DNA from: Yuukianura sp. NJ FZ-2021
Lineage: Eukaryota
Direction: 5' to 3'
Length of the DNA stretch: 64,000 nt
Assembly (NCBI GenBank): GCA_046563655.1
Contig: CM102283.1
Span: 7,006,001-7,070,000, forward strand
The position numbers and the translations under genes were made by a program. The notes under the pieces are model-generated. The model ran no database searches. It was not told where the DNA came from and saw only the letters and a list, made by a program, of their open reading frames with translations. Positions 1-14,983 of this stretch are shown in pieces (within the stretch, counting starts at the first letter, position 1; each line of letters begins with the position of its first letter).

Positions 1-1477
1 CTCCATTTCATCTTCAGAAGAGCCCTTAAGGTGAGCTGACAGTGGAATGAGCCCTTTGTATACTGATGAAGGGTCTCTTTTGGTTCGGTAAATGGTTACA
101 AAAGTGACTGTGAATAGGGTAATTGTGAGACTGTAGGTCTTCCAGAATACTTGGAAAGATTCAAATCCCTTAGTATTTCTTTGATTCTGTTTCAGAAACA
201 AATTGAAAAACGATGAAGTCCTTAAGTCCTTTGAGCTCCCAGGGGAGGGACAAGGGCGCCAAATAATAAAAATAATGCACTTGAAAAATATACTTCTTGA
301 CTTTCCCTTGTCAACTTATTATTATTATTTCTAAGGGCCCGGGACAGACGGTGAGAAAAACACCCGGCAAAGGGCCCCTTTAAGCCTATTTTAAGGGTCA
401 TCCACTCAAGCAATTGACGTTGTTGACCTTTGGTGTGCTCCGTAGGATTCAACAGCCTCAAAGAAAACTAAAATGGCTTCGGCATAACTTAATCCCGGGA
501 AATTCAAAACATTTTGCAGTTTGTTTTTGAAATTTCCTGCTTTTTATTTGGATTCATCCTTTATTTTCTACATTTAGAAGAAAAAAAGTTGAGAAAGGAA
601 GAGTGCAATAAAACGTGTAAAAATGGAAGTTAGTTTTTCGTAGTTTTGAATGACCTGAGAACTCCCGCCGAACCGGAAGCTCCCATAAACTTGCATTTAT
701 TGACTTCAATTTTCAGTTGAACTCACACGAAGAAGAAAACATAATTTCCGGTTCTGCTCAGACTGAATCTCTTACAAAACAAATCCGAATCTCAATTCAA
801 AATGTTGACCTTTGACCTTCTATTGGACTGTTTCAAGGTATAGTTCTAAAATGGGCTATGGGTTTAACACACTCTGTTCTAGTTTTAGGATTTGGCGGGA
901 GAAAGTACTTAAGGGCTGGAACGAGTTGAGATTGGAGGGGCAGAGACACAACTCAAGTTAATACGATGAAATTATGGGCAAAAGACCTCCCTTTTATGGT
1001 GGTGGCGTAACTTGTGGGGAGTAACTACACAAAGTCCCCAGTGACTTACACTTCATCGTCCTAACCTCAAACACTGCTTTGGAAAAATCAAGAACAAATT
1101 ACGTTGTCTTCTCCCCCGGTGAAAGTCATTCCAACTGAAATTACATAACTTTTTCCTACCCTCCACTTCATATTTCTCCAGAGAAATAAAACTTCATCAT
1201 CATCATCCCCTCCTACTAATAAAGTTTACCAAATTCTATACAAGCTCAAGTTTCTAGAAAAAAAAAGCTCCAAGCGGTCAAACTGCAACTTCATTTTAAC
1301 CAATTTTTATTTCAGTTGTTCAAAAATCTTAAACCTACTAAAGTTTTAGGTATTTTGTAATTCATAATCTTTGTAAGTTTTTTTTCCTACGAGACAATTT
1401 ACACTTCAGTGACTTGATTGCTGTTTGTGATGATTCGATTGACCTTCAATTCAACACCAAATGTGACCTTGACATTG

Positions 1478-1735
1478 TCAGAATCCGAGCAAGTACGAGA
1501 TGCCCATGACTCCTACGAGCACCTTTAGTGGTAGAGCAGTAAATGAGAAGATGGTCGCACCTGTGACACGATTAAAGACGAAATGGAATGAACTCCAGCC
1601 AAAGTAAATGTGGCTGCCTAGCGTAGGCCGCACACGGGGGTTGCCAAAATGGATGCGGTAACCGAATAACATCAAGCAGAACATGTAGGCCAGCAGGCAA
1701 CAGAAAACAACAGCGCAGAAATAAAACACGATCAT
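1478..1735 (-). CDS. Small hydrophobic protein (85 aa, probably two TM segments), unknown function
   Basis: ORF MIVFYFCAVVFCCLLAYMFCLMLFGY...LPLKVLVGVMGISYLLGF. The ATG directly follows an acceptor (tgtgtaacag|ATG), and a donor (gcc|gtgagt) lies near 2022. No recognised family. Confidence 0.4.
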   Translation of the reverse strand: MIVFYFCAVVFCCLLAYMFCLMLFGYRIHFGNPRVRPTLGSHIYFGWSSFHFVFNRVTGATIFSFTALPLKVLVGVMGISYLLGF

Positions 1736-4585
1736 CTGTTACACAAATTTTGAAAAGTTAATTTAAAATTTTAAAAAAAATGGGATCTACGAACTTCAAA
1801 CTTACTTTTTCTTCAAAAAAGTTCAAGAAATTGAACATACAAGAGAAACAGCACGCAGATGTCGGAACGAGCAGCACAAAATATCGAAATGTAAAAGCAA
1901 AGACAACAATGAAACAAGACAAGACAACAAGAAATGAGATCGAAAAATGATTTGATTTTGTTTTCAATTTGTTGAAATTGAAACAGACGCGGTGAAAGTT
2001 ATACAAACAAAAGTAGACTCACGGCAACAGAAACTGACGTGAAAGTCAAAATAAAAATTTTAATTGAAATTTTCAAAATTTCAAAAAAAAAGTGTGCTGT
2101 TGATGCGAGAGAACTTTCCGTATACGTTGGTTCTGGTATCCAATGTTTCAGAGGAAGAGGCAATTGATGATGACAGTGAATTTCCCAAAAAGGCCATTTC
2201 GTTCTGGATGAGATTTTTTTTTCGCTTTTTTTGGTGAAAGGGGAGAAAGTGCCGAGGCAGGATTTTGGAGCGGGAAACTTTCTGTGGCGATTGTGAATTT
2301 CCGCTTTTATCCCTCTCTCTGCCTCCGTCCGTCGTAATTTGTAATATTCTCAGAAGGATTGGAGAGAAAGTTCTAGGAAAAGGCAATTTGTAGTCTGTTC
2401 CAACTTTCTCTTTTGTGGTAGTAAAAAGTAGGTTTTAGTAGGAAAGTGATGAGGTCTTCCAGGACTTGGGCTCTGGTCCAAATTGGAGTCTTTTATAGTT
2501 AAACGATACAATAAAAGGACAGAGTTGACTAAAAACTTCCCCATTAAAGGGCTAGAGGACTTACTTTCTCCAGGAACTGAGCCTCATTCACCAAAATAAA
2601 CTTTAATTCCCTACTTTCTTTTACAACTTTCTTCGCTTCACAAGTTGAATGGCCCAGGAAACGGGTTCTAATAACGTATTTCAACAAAGACTAAAATCTG
2701 AGGAAAAGTTGCGGTTTTTGCTTCTGCTGGAAAAAAAAAACGGGAAAAAAATGTTCAGCAAACTTTCGTTTTTGACAAAAGTTGTTCCAATTTTACCTTA
2801 TCAGCTTTCTCTAATGTTAGTCTGAAAGTTCTTCAACTGTGATTGTGGAGCATTATCAAAACGGAAATTCAAAATTATGTGTTTCTTTTTGTGATTTTTG
2901 GAACTTTTTGGATCTTCAACTATGAAATTTTGAGTTTAGCAGAAAATCTTGTGTTGTACGCGGTAAATTTTTGAAACGAAGGTATTTTGAAAAAAGCTAT
3001 TTGTAGTTCCATTGTTCACAAAATGGAGGTAACGGATACTTGACATTTTCGAAAAACTTTCACTGCCTCCCATGCGGTTCCTTGTGTCGGCAAAAGTTAA
3101 GTCCCCAGTGTGTCCCCTTGGAAAGTCGAAGTCCTTTTACAACTTAATCCAATAAATGGATGTTGGATGTTACTTTAAGCCTCCGATCCAATTTCGGCGT
3201 GTCAATTATCATTAGGCCCCTGACATGGAGACCCTTAAGACTTTTGGGGTACTTGGCTGACCTCCCCTGTCCACCTCCTCAGTCATCAACATCATAATCG
3301 TTCCTGGTTGTCTTCAATTGAAATGAGGACTTAAGCAGACCGCCCAGCGTTTCATCACTACCACAAATGGAAACTGAAACTACAAGTGACAAGATAAACA
3401 TGACATCGGCACGCACACACACGGACACGCCTCGCTGAATTTATGGGAAATTTTTGAAAAATTTTCAATTTTGAAATTCCAAAATATTTCTAAGCACGAC
3501 TTTGACTATACATTTTTGTCGTTTCAGGGAAACTTGACCTCTTTTGAGGCATTAAAAATTCAGTTTCGCAAAAAATAGACTTTTTTTCACAATTTGTCAT
3601 ATTTGCAAGTAAAATTTTCAATTAATGGCGACGCTTTCAGTCAACAGGAAAGTCATAATTTAAACAGCATTTCACAACACCGTTTAAATTTTTTGCAGTG
3701 AAATTTCCAATGTAAACAGATTGCCTTCAGTTTGTTACTGTCTATTTTGACTCATTCATAACTAACAACACGAAAATGAATAAATTTTACATTAAAAGTT
3801 ACGTTCAAATTAAATCCTGGTGAAGCATAATTTGACAGCTGCTTTCCTAAGATTTTATTTTATATGATTTTAGAAATTTTTCGGTTGCAAAATTTCAGGC
3901 CAAATTTTTGTCAGTCAATTGTCGCATACCCCAAATGTTTACACTGAAATTCCGATTTAACAAAACTGTCTTTAGATAGCGCTGAAATTTGAAAGCCCAG
4001 TGTCGTTGTTAAGTAATAAACACCGAGGAAAAGATAGCCTCTTAAACTGTTGTTAATTTCAGGCCTAATTTTTGTTAGTCGATTTACGTATTTGCCAAAT
4101 TCTTGCACTGAAATCTACAACGTAAGCAGACTGCATTTTGTTGCTGGTGAAGTTCAATAGTCCTATGTGACTCTTAATTAACAAATGATTTTATACGAAT
4201 TTACAATAAAATAACGTTAAAATTAGGTTTTTGTTCAAATGAAATTGAAATTCTATTGTTCAAAGATTTTTTGTTAGTGTTCCGAAAATTTTGATCTAAG
4301 TATCTCACGTGTCTCACTTGAGCGCGCCCCAGTTGAAAACAAACTAAAACGGCGCGAAACCTTTCAGAAATTTGAAATGAAAGTGAGCGAGAGAAAAAGG
4401 AAAAAGTGAGAGTGCACAAAACGTAACGAAGGAAGGCAGGAAAAGTATTATTTTGTCAATTCATTCTCAATTTTCGATTCTTTTTTCCTTTTTTCGAACA
4501 ATCGAAAAGTGGTTAGAAGGTTTATTAGGTCAACCTACTTAAAGTTTAGTTTAATTGTTCCTCCTTCCGCCTTTTCGTTAGGGGG

Positions 4586-5681
4586 ATGCAGAGACAGGGA
4601 GGAGGGGAGCCGAATTCTGCTGACGAGGACTGGGATACTGTCACACCAACAGCTGATCCACAAAGGCCAACTCAATTACCACTGTACCAATTCCAGTCTT
4701 TTCAGTTGAACTCACCACAGCCAGCACCAACGATGTCATTTCAATTCAATGAAACCATGCAAGTGAGCCATCCGTCTGACTCTACTGACTGTGATATAGA
4801 TCCTGATTCACTAATTCAACAGTTCAATTGTCTTGGTACAACGGACAAAGATGTAAGCACTGACAACCGCTAAGACATAAAGAAAAGTAGATACCCTTGC
4901 TAATTCTGGTTTGATTTGTATAGGTTCTGGTGTCACAACTACAAAAGTTCATTGGTCCAAACCTAAACAAAGACGCTGCTCAATTTTTTCTGGATATGAA
5001 CGATTGGTAAGCCAAAAGTTACTGTAAATGTTTACTGTTGCTACTGCTAAGGCAGAAATAATAAAACTATATGTTTTGTCCAGGAATTTACAACGAGCTA
5101 TCGGATCTTACTTTGACTTGTCCGATGACCAAGCACTCTATGGTGACAATGGTGGAGTTGGTCTAAGAAATTATTCAATGTCACTGGTGCAGGGGTCAAA
5201 TGTTAATGTTAATGTTACACCCAATTTCAAATTCGCTGTGGGCTGGAAGGTATTGAACGACGGAGCTCAAGCTTGGCCACCAGGCACACATTTCAAACTT
5301 ATCAACAACCTAAATTTCCCAGCATCTGCTGAAAAGGTCTTCCTTGTCTCTCAGTCTGGAATCGCTGTAAGTCCGATTTCAGTAAACTACGATATCCATA
5401 ACACTGTCTTGCTTTTTATTGCATTGCTTTTTATACTTTGTATTTAGGCTGGTACAATTACTGATGTAGTTTTGGATTTGACCTCACCTCCAAGTCCAGG
5501 AACCTACTCCGCCTCTTACCAACTAACTACACCAGAGGGCAACTCTATTGGTAACGTAATTAACTTACTAATTAATGTCATTCACGATGAAACGATGGAC
5601 CTGAGTCAACAGTTTCAAAACCTTCGCTGGAACGGTGGCAATGAAGGAGAAACGTCTACGCCAAACGTTGAAATGAGTTAG
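4586..5681 (+). CDS. ILRUN: ILRUN/C6orf106 homolog (UBA-like + NBR1-type FW domain)
   Basis: Exons 4586-4852, 4924-5006, 5084-5366 and 5448-5681 join in frame through GT-AG introns. Product contains DIDPDSLIQQFNCLGTTDKDVLVSQLQK...FFLDMNDWNLQRAIGSYFD, then WKVLNDGAQAWPPG and SPPSPGTYSASYQL, typical of this family. Confidence 0.9.
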
Positions 5682-6931
5682 TGAATTAGAAGTCCTCCTA
5701 ACTACAAAATTTAAAAAAGTAGCGTTAGCTAAAAACCGTGGAATGATGTAAGATTTTCTCAAAATATCCTTCAACTAACAGAAATAAGAAAGAAGAAGCC
5801 ACGCGATCATTAGAAAGTAAAATTTGCGCATAAGTTTTGTGATGATTTAAATGGGTATGAAATTAGTACCACGATTTTATGATCATTCTAAATTGTTTAT
5901 TAATTTATAAAGTACTAATACTTAAGAAGGAAAAAATGTTCGTATTAACAAAAAATGCATTTTCTTGATGAGAAGATTGAGAATGATAGTGCAGGTATAC
6001 TTGAATGGTAAAAAAAATTGACAAAAGCGCATTGCTTGCTGAAATGAAAAGAAAACTAATAAAATTCAGTATGGAATTTGCGATATCCATCACATTTGAC
6101 GTCAACCTTCTAAACCATATTTTTTTTCTCTTTCAGTTTCTGAGATTCGAACGGATCGTTTTTCCCGGAATTTTTTTTTTCGCAACGGAAACGTTTTCGA
6201 AAATTTGCCAAAACTTTTTCTCCGCCACAATTTACTGAAAAGTGAACAAAGTTTGTTACATTTTTTTTGTAACAAATTTTGAGCCGAGTTTAGTAAATTG
6301 GTTTGTTTTGTTATTTGGCTTGTGGCAGGAGACAAATAAGTGATCTCTGGGGACCATTTCCGGTTTCCGACTCTCATTGGTAGGGTTGGACTCTTGACTA
6401 TTAGGGAGATTGGATTATCACATATCCACGCTCCCTTTTTCCGTCCACTTCCCAATAAAAGTTTCCAACCATAGTAAAAGTATTGGTTAGGTTGTTTCCA
6501 GTAAAGTTTTTGTCACAAGATGAAAATTTTCTGAACAACTTGACTCCTTTGGGCGTCCCAAAGCCAAAAACATAAAAATGATTTTTGTCACAATAAATTA
6601 GACTGGCGTATCGAGTTGTTAGTTTGTTGGTGTTAAATGATTCGAAACGCTGCTCCTAGTTTCTTGGGCTTCAATGACTTTTAGTTGAGCACAAACCGTT
6701 GTTCCATTGTTACAAAGTGGAATAAAGGAAGCTCTCGGGGTCCTTTTTTGAGTCGTTGACTACTAGAGCCCTCTAGTCAAATACCGTAAAGTTCCAAATT
6801 AGACCCCGTCTCCCTATTACTTTCCTTCAGGACTGGAAAAATAGTCCCCGCATCTAAGAAATATAAATAAATATATAAAAAATAAATATATAATAAATAT
6901 ATGCGCCACAAATAGTGCCCCGGGTAGCATG

Positions 6932-7110
6932 AGGTTTAACGATCGTCATTGTAGCCGTACAGTGTAGCCACTTTGCGTCTACAACGGGTGGCTGCATCAT
7001 GCGGCTGCTTATGTTGCCACACGTGATATGGTGAGAGCGGGTACTAATGTTGCCATCAAAGGTGACCGGAATGGCTACTCCGTTCGGGCACAATGACGAT
7101 GGTTAATCCT
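6932..7110. repeat. Imperfect inverted repeat (fold-back)
   Basis: 6932-6970 matches the reverse complement of 7072-7110 at 32/39 positions. Weaker pairing continues inward to about 6997/7047. Confidence 0.8.
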
Positions 7111-8071
7111 TACTGTGATCTGTGCGCCAGTGCGCCGTATGCCGACGAAAGAATTTTGGCACTTCGGGGTTATTATTTGGAGATCTACGGTACTTTTATG
7201 ATGTTGTTCACCCATTCGGCCCTTAGGAGTCCTTCATCAAAGCCTTTTTCATGTCTTTTGATACACTCTCAGACCAACTTCATCATTCACAAAATGAGAA
7301 TGGACCATTTCCGAACTATTATTATTCAATTCACTTGAAAAAGGGAGCTCAGGACAGTATATACTGGCAACTTTTTGGCTCTTCTTTGTTCCATTATGGG
7401 CTGTTTCAAAAATCTTCACTCACTTTTTTCTCTCTTTCAGCGTTCCAGCCAGTTAGACACAATTGTTTTGAAAAGGACTCGGAGCACAGCTAGATACTTT
7501 CTGTGTCGCCTTTTTCCTTACCGTCACCTAAATGGACTTGGGAACCTTGTTGATGACTGAATTTAACACAATTGAGTCCCTTGGCTGACGCTGACAATGA
7601 CAATAATGGTTTTGGAGTCACGTGACTTCATGTTAACTTAATAGAACATGGATCCAACCTTGTCACTAATCGTTGTTCTATGAAGTCCTCAACTTTTCAT
7701 AATAGAGTGCGTTCCAGCTGGACCGACCGTGCGACAACGGTTTGGCCTTTTCAATCATTGTTAGACCATTGTTGGACATAAGATGTATCGGTTTCGGAGG
7801 GGACACGGTGTTCAGTGGACCTAATCAACCGTTTCATTAAGAATGAACTTGCGACATCAGTTTATTAACTTCAAAAGAGCAACAATGGTAGTTCCAAGTG
7901 ACCTGGGACACGGGCAACTTCCATTGTTAACGCAACAATGTGCTACAGCTTTTATTATTGGAACAGATTTTTAAGGTGAATTGACATATTTTCCTATTTT
8001 TGAACAAATTTTATACCAAGCCTTTTCAGTTTTTTTTTTCTTCAGATTTTTGGTTAGTGAAGTCTGAAATT

Positions 8072-8400
8072 TTAGTTCTTTTCTGGTCGATTGATTTCGT
8101 CCCATCCGAAACGTTTTCGTCGAACTTCTGCTGATGCTGGAAAATAAGCGATTTCTTCACATTCGATTACACCTGAAGCGACGTTGCAAACGCATTTCCT
8201 CCCGTTTTTTATAAACCGTACTCCGGAAGGACAAACTGAAACAGCATGTTTTTTTAAAAACGTTTTTTTTTTAAAAAAAAAAATTAGGGTGGGTACTTAC
8301 GGTCTCCGTTTTCATCTTCACGTTCCTCCAGAATTTCAGAATTGACAACTACGCTCAAAATTGCTACCGTGAAGAACAAGATTGCGAAAATTTTTGCCAT
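8072..8400 (-). CDS. Small secreted 4-Cys peptide precursor (87 aa)
   Basis: Exons 8400-8301 and 8235-8072 with a phase-1 gtaagt...tttcag intron give MAKIFAILFFTVAILSVVVNSEILEEREDENGDLCPSGVRFIKNGRKCVCNVASGVIECEEIAYFPASAEVRRKRFGWDEINRPEKN. Signal-peptide-like N-terminus. Not in the ORF track. Confidence 0.75.
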
Positions 8401-9439
8401 TTTTGTGTTGAAAGTTTTTGAAATCAAGCTTCTTGCTCTGTGAATGCTGACAGTGGTGATTCTGATACTCGGCGATTCAGAAAAAGAGGATTCTTGGAAT
8501 TGAACGAAATTACTGAAAATTGCTGAAAGTGTGACGAGGTTACGAAACTTAATTGAAACCTAATTAATGCAACCCCAGTTTTAAGTGTGCTATTAATACC
8601 TAAGTTACAAACTCCACCAAAAACATACTAGGAAGCATTTGGCTAATTCTGTAGAAACCAATTCCTGATTACATGAACATGGAAAAAAATTTAATGTTTA
8701 ACTTTTGCCGTTTTACCTTGGCGTTTGCCGTTCTTTTTGGAAAGATTGTTCACGCTGACTGATGCTGGAGGCTTTATGAGAAAGTTTTGAAAATTGAAAT
8801 GAATTAAAGAAAAAAAAATATAGATGCATCCAGAACCGAAAGGGAACTAATCATTCCAAGTTTCCGCTCTGGTGAAAGAAACATGCATGCTAAGTTTTCT
8901 AATAATGCTTTCTTCGTAAGACAAACTGCTTAGAAAATTTTAAAAACGACTGTTCTGAAGGTTTTCTAAAAAAAAATCGAGGAACATGAACCGGAGAGAA
9001 ACGGAATCTTCTTATTGTCTTCACTTTTTAGATCCTGAGGCGATCCGAGGCGAGATTTTAGCGTCTCAATTTTGAATCAAAGGCGCCAAACGAAGGTGAA
9101 GTTCAAAACGACGAAATTTTGACGACCTGACCTGACGAGGAGGTACCTTATTTTTTTCTCCAATTTTTTAGTGCTGACTTTATGTTTTCATTCATCGTTA
9201 AGCTTAGTTTTAAAGAAATCGTTGTTTTGGTGAACTAATTGATTGACAGAAGACGTCATTGGCATCTTTGAGATTCGGTATCATTTCATTTTCATTCTTG
9301 ACCTTGTCGCGCTGTCGCAGGTGAGTGTCAAAAAGTAAGCACTTTTTACTGGGTAAACACTGTTTAACCAGATTTCGGATGATGTAAATTTGATTCTCAT
9401 TGGTGTTTTGGTTAGTAAGTGACTCGTTAGAAAATCAAA

Positions 9440-10389
9440 ATGGAGCCGAACCGGGTCAGCAGGACCTTCAACACTTACCCTGGAAGCGCAATTAAGCTCA
9501 ATTTCTGTGACTCGTACTTTGGTGACAAGGAGCGTGTGACTCTCATTCCCGGGGAAGTAAGTCGCCCTGCACCCATTTTAATAGTTAATCGTGTTGCTTA
9601 GGTATTACTAAAGGCTATTTTCTATCTAGGATCAGTTGATTGATGTGAGCTGGGGACAACACTCTAAGGTTTCAGATATTTTTAGCTATATACTTCATAC
9701 AGTGATATTGGTAACGCAGTTTGGTATGTTACGAAAGACTTTGATTGAATTCCAGCCCATTTGGTATTACGTTGCTGCAGAAAACCGCAAGGATGAACCC
9801 AACCAGCAGTGGACCAAGGTCGACAAGCTGAACAAAGCAAATGAATTCTTCGCTTCAATTGACGAGATGGACTCACGTCCCATACCTATCCCGATTCCTA
9901 CCCGTCGCACTGTCCCGGTTACTTATACGAGGGATCAGTTGGTGAAAATTGGAATAGATCAAATACATAAGCAAATTGATGAGTTCAAGAAACTTAAGAA
10001 GTTGGCCTGCAACGGTGAAGTTCCTATTGCTTGTAAGTAAGACAAAACAAGAAATTGAATTCAACTTTCCAAAGATATTGTTCTTATGTCACAGTAAACT
10101 CAGCTAATTTGTGGCGTTCCGCCGCTTGGTATAGTGTTACACTGATGCGTAAGTTGTTTGATTTTGAAAACTGGGAAACGAAATATGTCTTTATTAATTC
10201 AAAATTGTTCCGGGTTGTTCCGACTGTACCAGGTTGTTTGACTTCAATTAGAAATTTAATATTCTTGTGTGTTTTAATTCAGGAAGGAAAAGCAATTACA
10301 GGAGCCTAATTCAGAAAGGTGTTAGTGGACTGCTGATTCTGCGTTCAGCAGGGGTGACGACGAGTGACTGCTCGGAGGGTTTTGGTTAG
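9440..10389 (+). CDS. Uncharacterised protein (~209 aa) with a YxxxxL-phi motif
   Basis: Exons 9440-9556, 9630-9668, 9720-10032, 10095-10148 and 10283-10389 join in frame at GT-AG boundaries. Start context caaaATGG; upstream non-coding donor at about 9320. The 51-nt intron 9669-9719 is in frame and stop-free, so it could be retained. Confidence 0.7.
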
Positions 10390-11520
10390 TTTTAAGTGCT
10401 ACATTGTTCTGAACTTTTGAAAATTTAGTTTTTGGATAGTAGATCCCTTATAGTAACGGTTGCTTTCTTTTTTACTCTGGGTACTTTGGCCTTCCTTGAT
10501 CTTCCAAATGGAAACTGAGGATGTTAGAACTTTAATTGAAAAATAATATTTGGAGAAGCCGGAGACCAAAGTTTAGGCGGATCTCGTCTAACTTCCGCCT
10601 TATTTGGCTCTGCGATGGATCCTATTGTGTCCTCTAATGCCCACTTCCTGGTTCTACCAAAGGGCTAAACGCTCTTTCCTTTCCCCCTTTCCCATTTACT
10701 AGATTATAAAGTCATCAAAAACTTAATAGTTTCATCTTGTCTGCCTGTCCGTCACTTCCTCAGCTCCTTACCCACTACCATACCACCGTGGTTTTGAAAA
10801 TTTTAAACTCATGACCTTGTTCAATCACCTAAGCTTATTGAGTCGAAGTTCGAAATTTCATATTTTTCGTTTTTGTTCCAGAATCTGTAACTCCCGCTCC
10901 TGCCTTACACCGGTTTTTTCATCACCATTTTGAAACAAGGGCCACAGAGAAAGTGACTCTTAAAGCAAAATTATACCCTCGGATAGAGTCAACTTTACGA
11001 GAGAAGTATCATCTTGGACTACTTGGTTCCATTAACGCTTCCATATTGAGAGGATGAACGTTTATTTAAAAATTGCCGCTTCCACTTACCATTTCCATTG
11101 GATCGGAGATACTGTGGAGTATAAAAGGGGTAATTTCATCCCAGTTTAACTCAACAATGGTCGATCCAATATTATTTTAACGACATTCGCCATTTATGGG
11201 ACACAGAGTAGGGGATTAGGATTAACCCGTAGGGTTGTCAAAAACTAACATCAACATCTCTGTCACCCTCCATCCAAAAACTGCAACAAAACTTGCTTTT
11301 CGGATAGGGTTAGCTTTGCTTGTTTGAAGTATTTAGTTTTCCTTTTCAACACCTACCAATAGAAAAACTTGTTTTCATAAGTTTTGGACAGGATTTTTGG
11401 ATGTTTTTGAATTGAAATGTTTGTTTGCTGGCTTGTTTTCTGAAGTTTAAAAACATTTTCGGATTGGTTTTTAATCCTTGGATAATTTTTTGAAAAGGAA
11501 GTTTAGAATTTCGTGATTTG

Positions 11521-13230
<1,710 letters not shown>

Positions 13231-14983
13231 CTTTCCCAATTGCGCAAGCGCTCTCTGTCCAATTCGATTTGTCACATTTTTACCCTCATTTTAACTCAAA
13301 TGTCTAAAAACTATACTCAAAATTGGCACTCTGAGCGTAGAAATCAAAAGTATTTTCGGTCCAAAGCACTTTTGGTATCTGAGCAAGATTTGTTGATTTG
13401 TGAGCGATTACTCCTAAGGTTGAGTGACAGTACAGAACGTGCGTAAAGATTGAAAGTTTGTTAGGAATAAATCTTTTTCCCAAAATACTTCTCCACCCAT
13501 GCAATGAAAACTGCAACAATGCAATTACACTTAAGCCCAATTCACACTTCATTCCTACGTTCCGCTTGTCTCAAAATTTAGAAGACGGCGTGAGAATGAC
13601 ATTTGAAAGGAAGTGGTCTTTGGCTAATCGCGATTTTCACGCCATCTCTTGTGTGATGCGGCTTTCGCACGCTGCTGAAAGCTGTTTTTCAAAAGTAAAA
13701 CAAAAGCTTCATTCTAAAAAAAAAAGTTCTATTTTTATTAGAAAATGACGTTTCGTGAGAATTTTGTGTTTGAAATTGTAAAGAATTTCGATTTTTGCAC
13801 TGAAAGTTTCAAAAGTGGCTTCATTCCTTATTCCATTTCTTCATTTCATTCTTTGATACAAATGAAATAAAAAGTAGGAAGTAAAAGCTTTTATTTGAAA
13901 TGGCGCCTCTTTTTCGCGGACAATTGCGCGAAATTTTTTGACGACTCATGTAGCTCAGGCTTAAGTGAGATTATGGTGGGTGTAAAACGCATTGATGCAA
14001 TGACAAACGTTTTGTTGGTAGTACTGGGTGTAGAAGGGTGGTTCGCGTATCAATCGAAATAAGTGTTTTAACTTTTGAAATTTTATAAATGGAGGTAGAG
14101 ACGCACTGAATCGAAACAAAAAGTCATCGTCTTCTACTCTTTCAACTTTAAAAACGTAAAAGCCACAAACCAAACTAAAATCAAGTTGTTATTTATTTGG
14201 CAAGTTTTGCAATTGGCATCAACGTAAAGACAGATTGCGAAGATATGAAAACTAGTTCAAGTTGACAAGCTCCGCCATAAAAATATGATGGCTGACTATA
14301 AAATAAAAATTGCAAAAACAAAGATATGTACGAAATCCAAAAAAAAGTAGCCCTGTATTTCAATTGTCAAATGATTGCAACCAGTCCCATTTTATACTGC
14401 CTATTGTCGCAAAACCTCAAAAGTTGGTCGAAAATGGAAAGTTTTCCAATTTCATTTGGAATTGACAATGCTCAGGACTAACAAATGGAAATTAAACGGT
14501 TGTTAAGTTTAATTTCAATAGTTAATTCTAGTTGATCATGTTAGGGTATGACGGGATTAACATTGGATTATTTTTTACTGCTGGGTGTGTTATGTTACGT
14601 CGTCTGCAACTGGGATCTGACGTTTATTGACAGTTCTGGAAGGTGGTGACAAGTGCTGTCAATTTTCCCTCAGTTCTGGAAACTGAATCTACAGAACTTT
14701 AAAGTAATACTAAAATTGGCACTGATTATAGCACTAAGTCTAAACCTATACTTTCACATAAGACCGTAAAAATTCATACCTGCACGAACGACTAAATTTT
14801 TTTTTCATATTTCACAGTATGAAATTTGAATTGATACAACTACGGAATTCGTGAGGACAAAGTATAGTTTAGGCTAGGTTGAAATTGCACTTATCCAGGA
14901 CATGTGAATCAATTATTCAAAACAAACAAACTTAGCGTGGTCACGAACGCTGCAAAACAAACGGAAAGTGGAACAAAAGTGTC

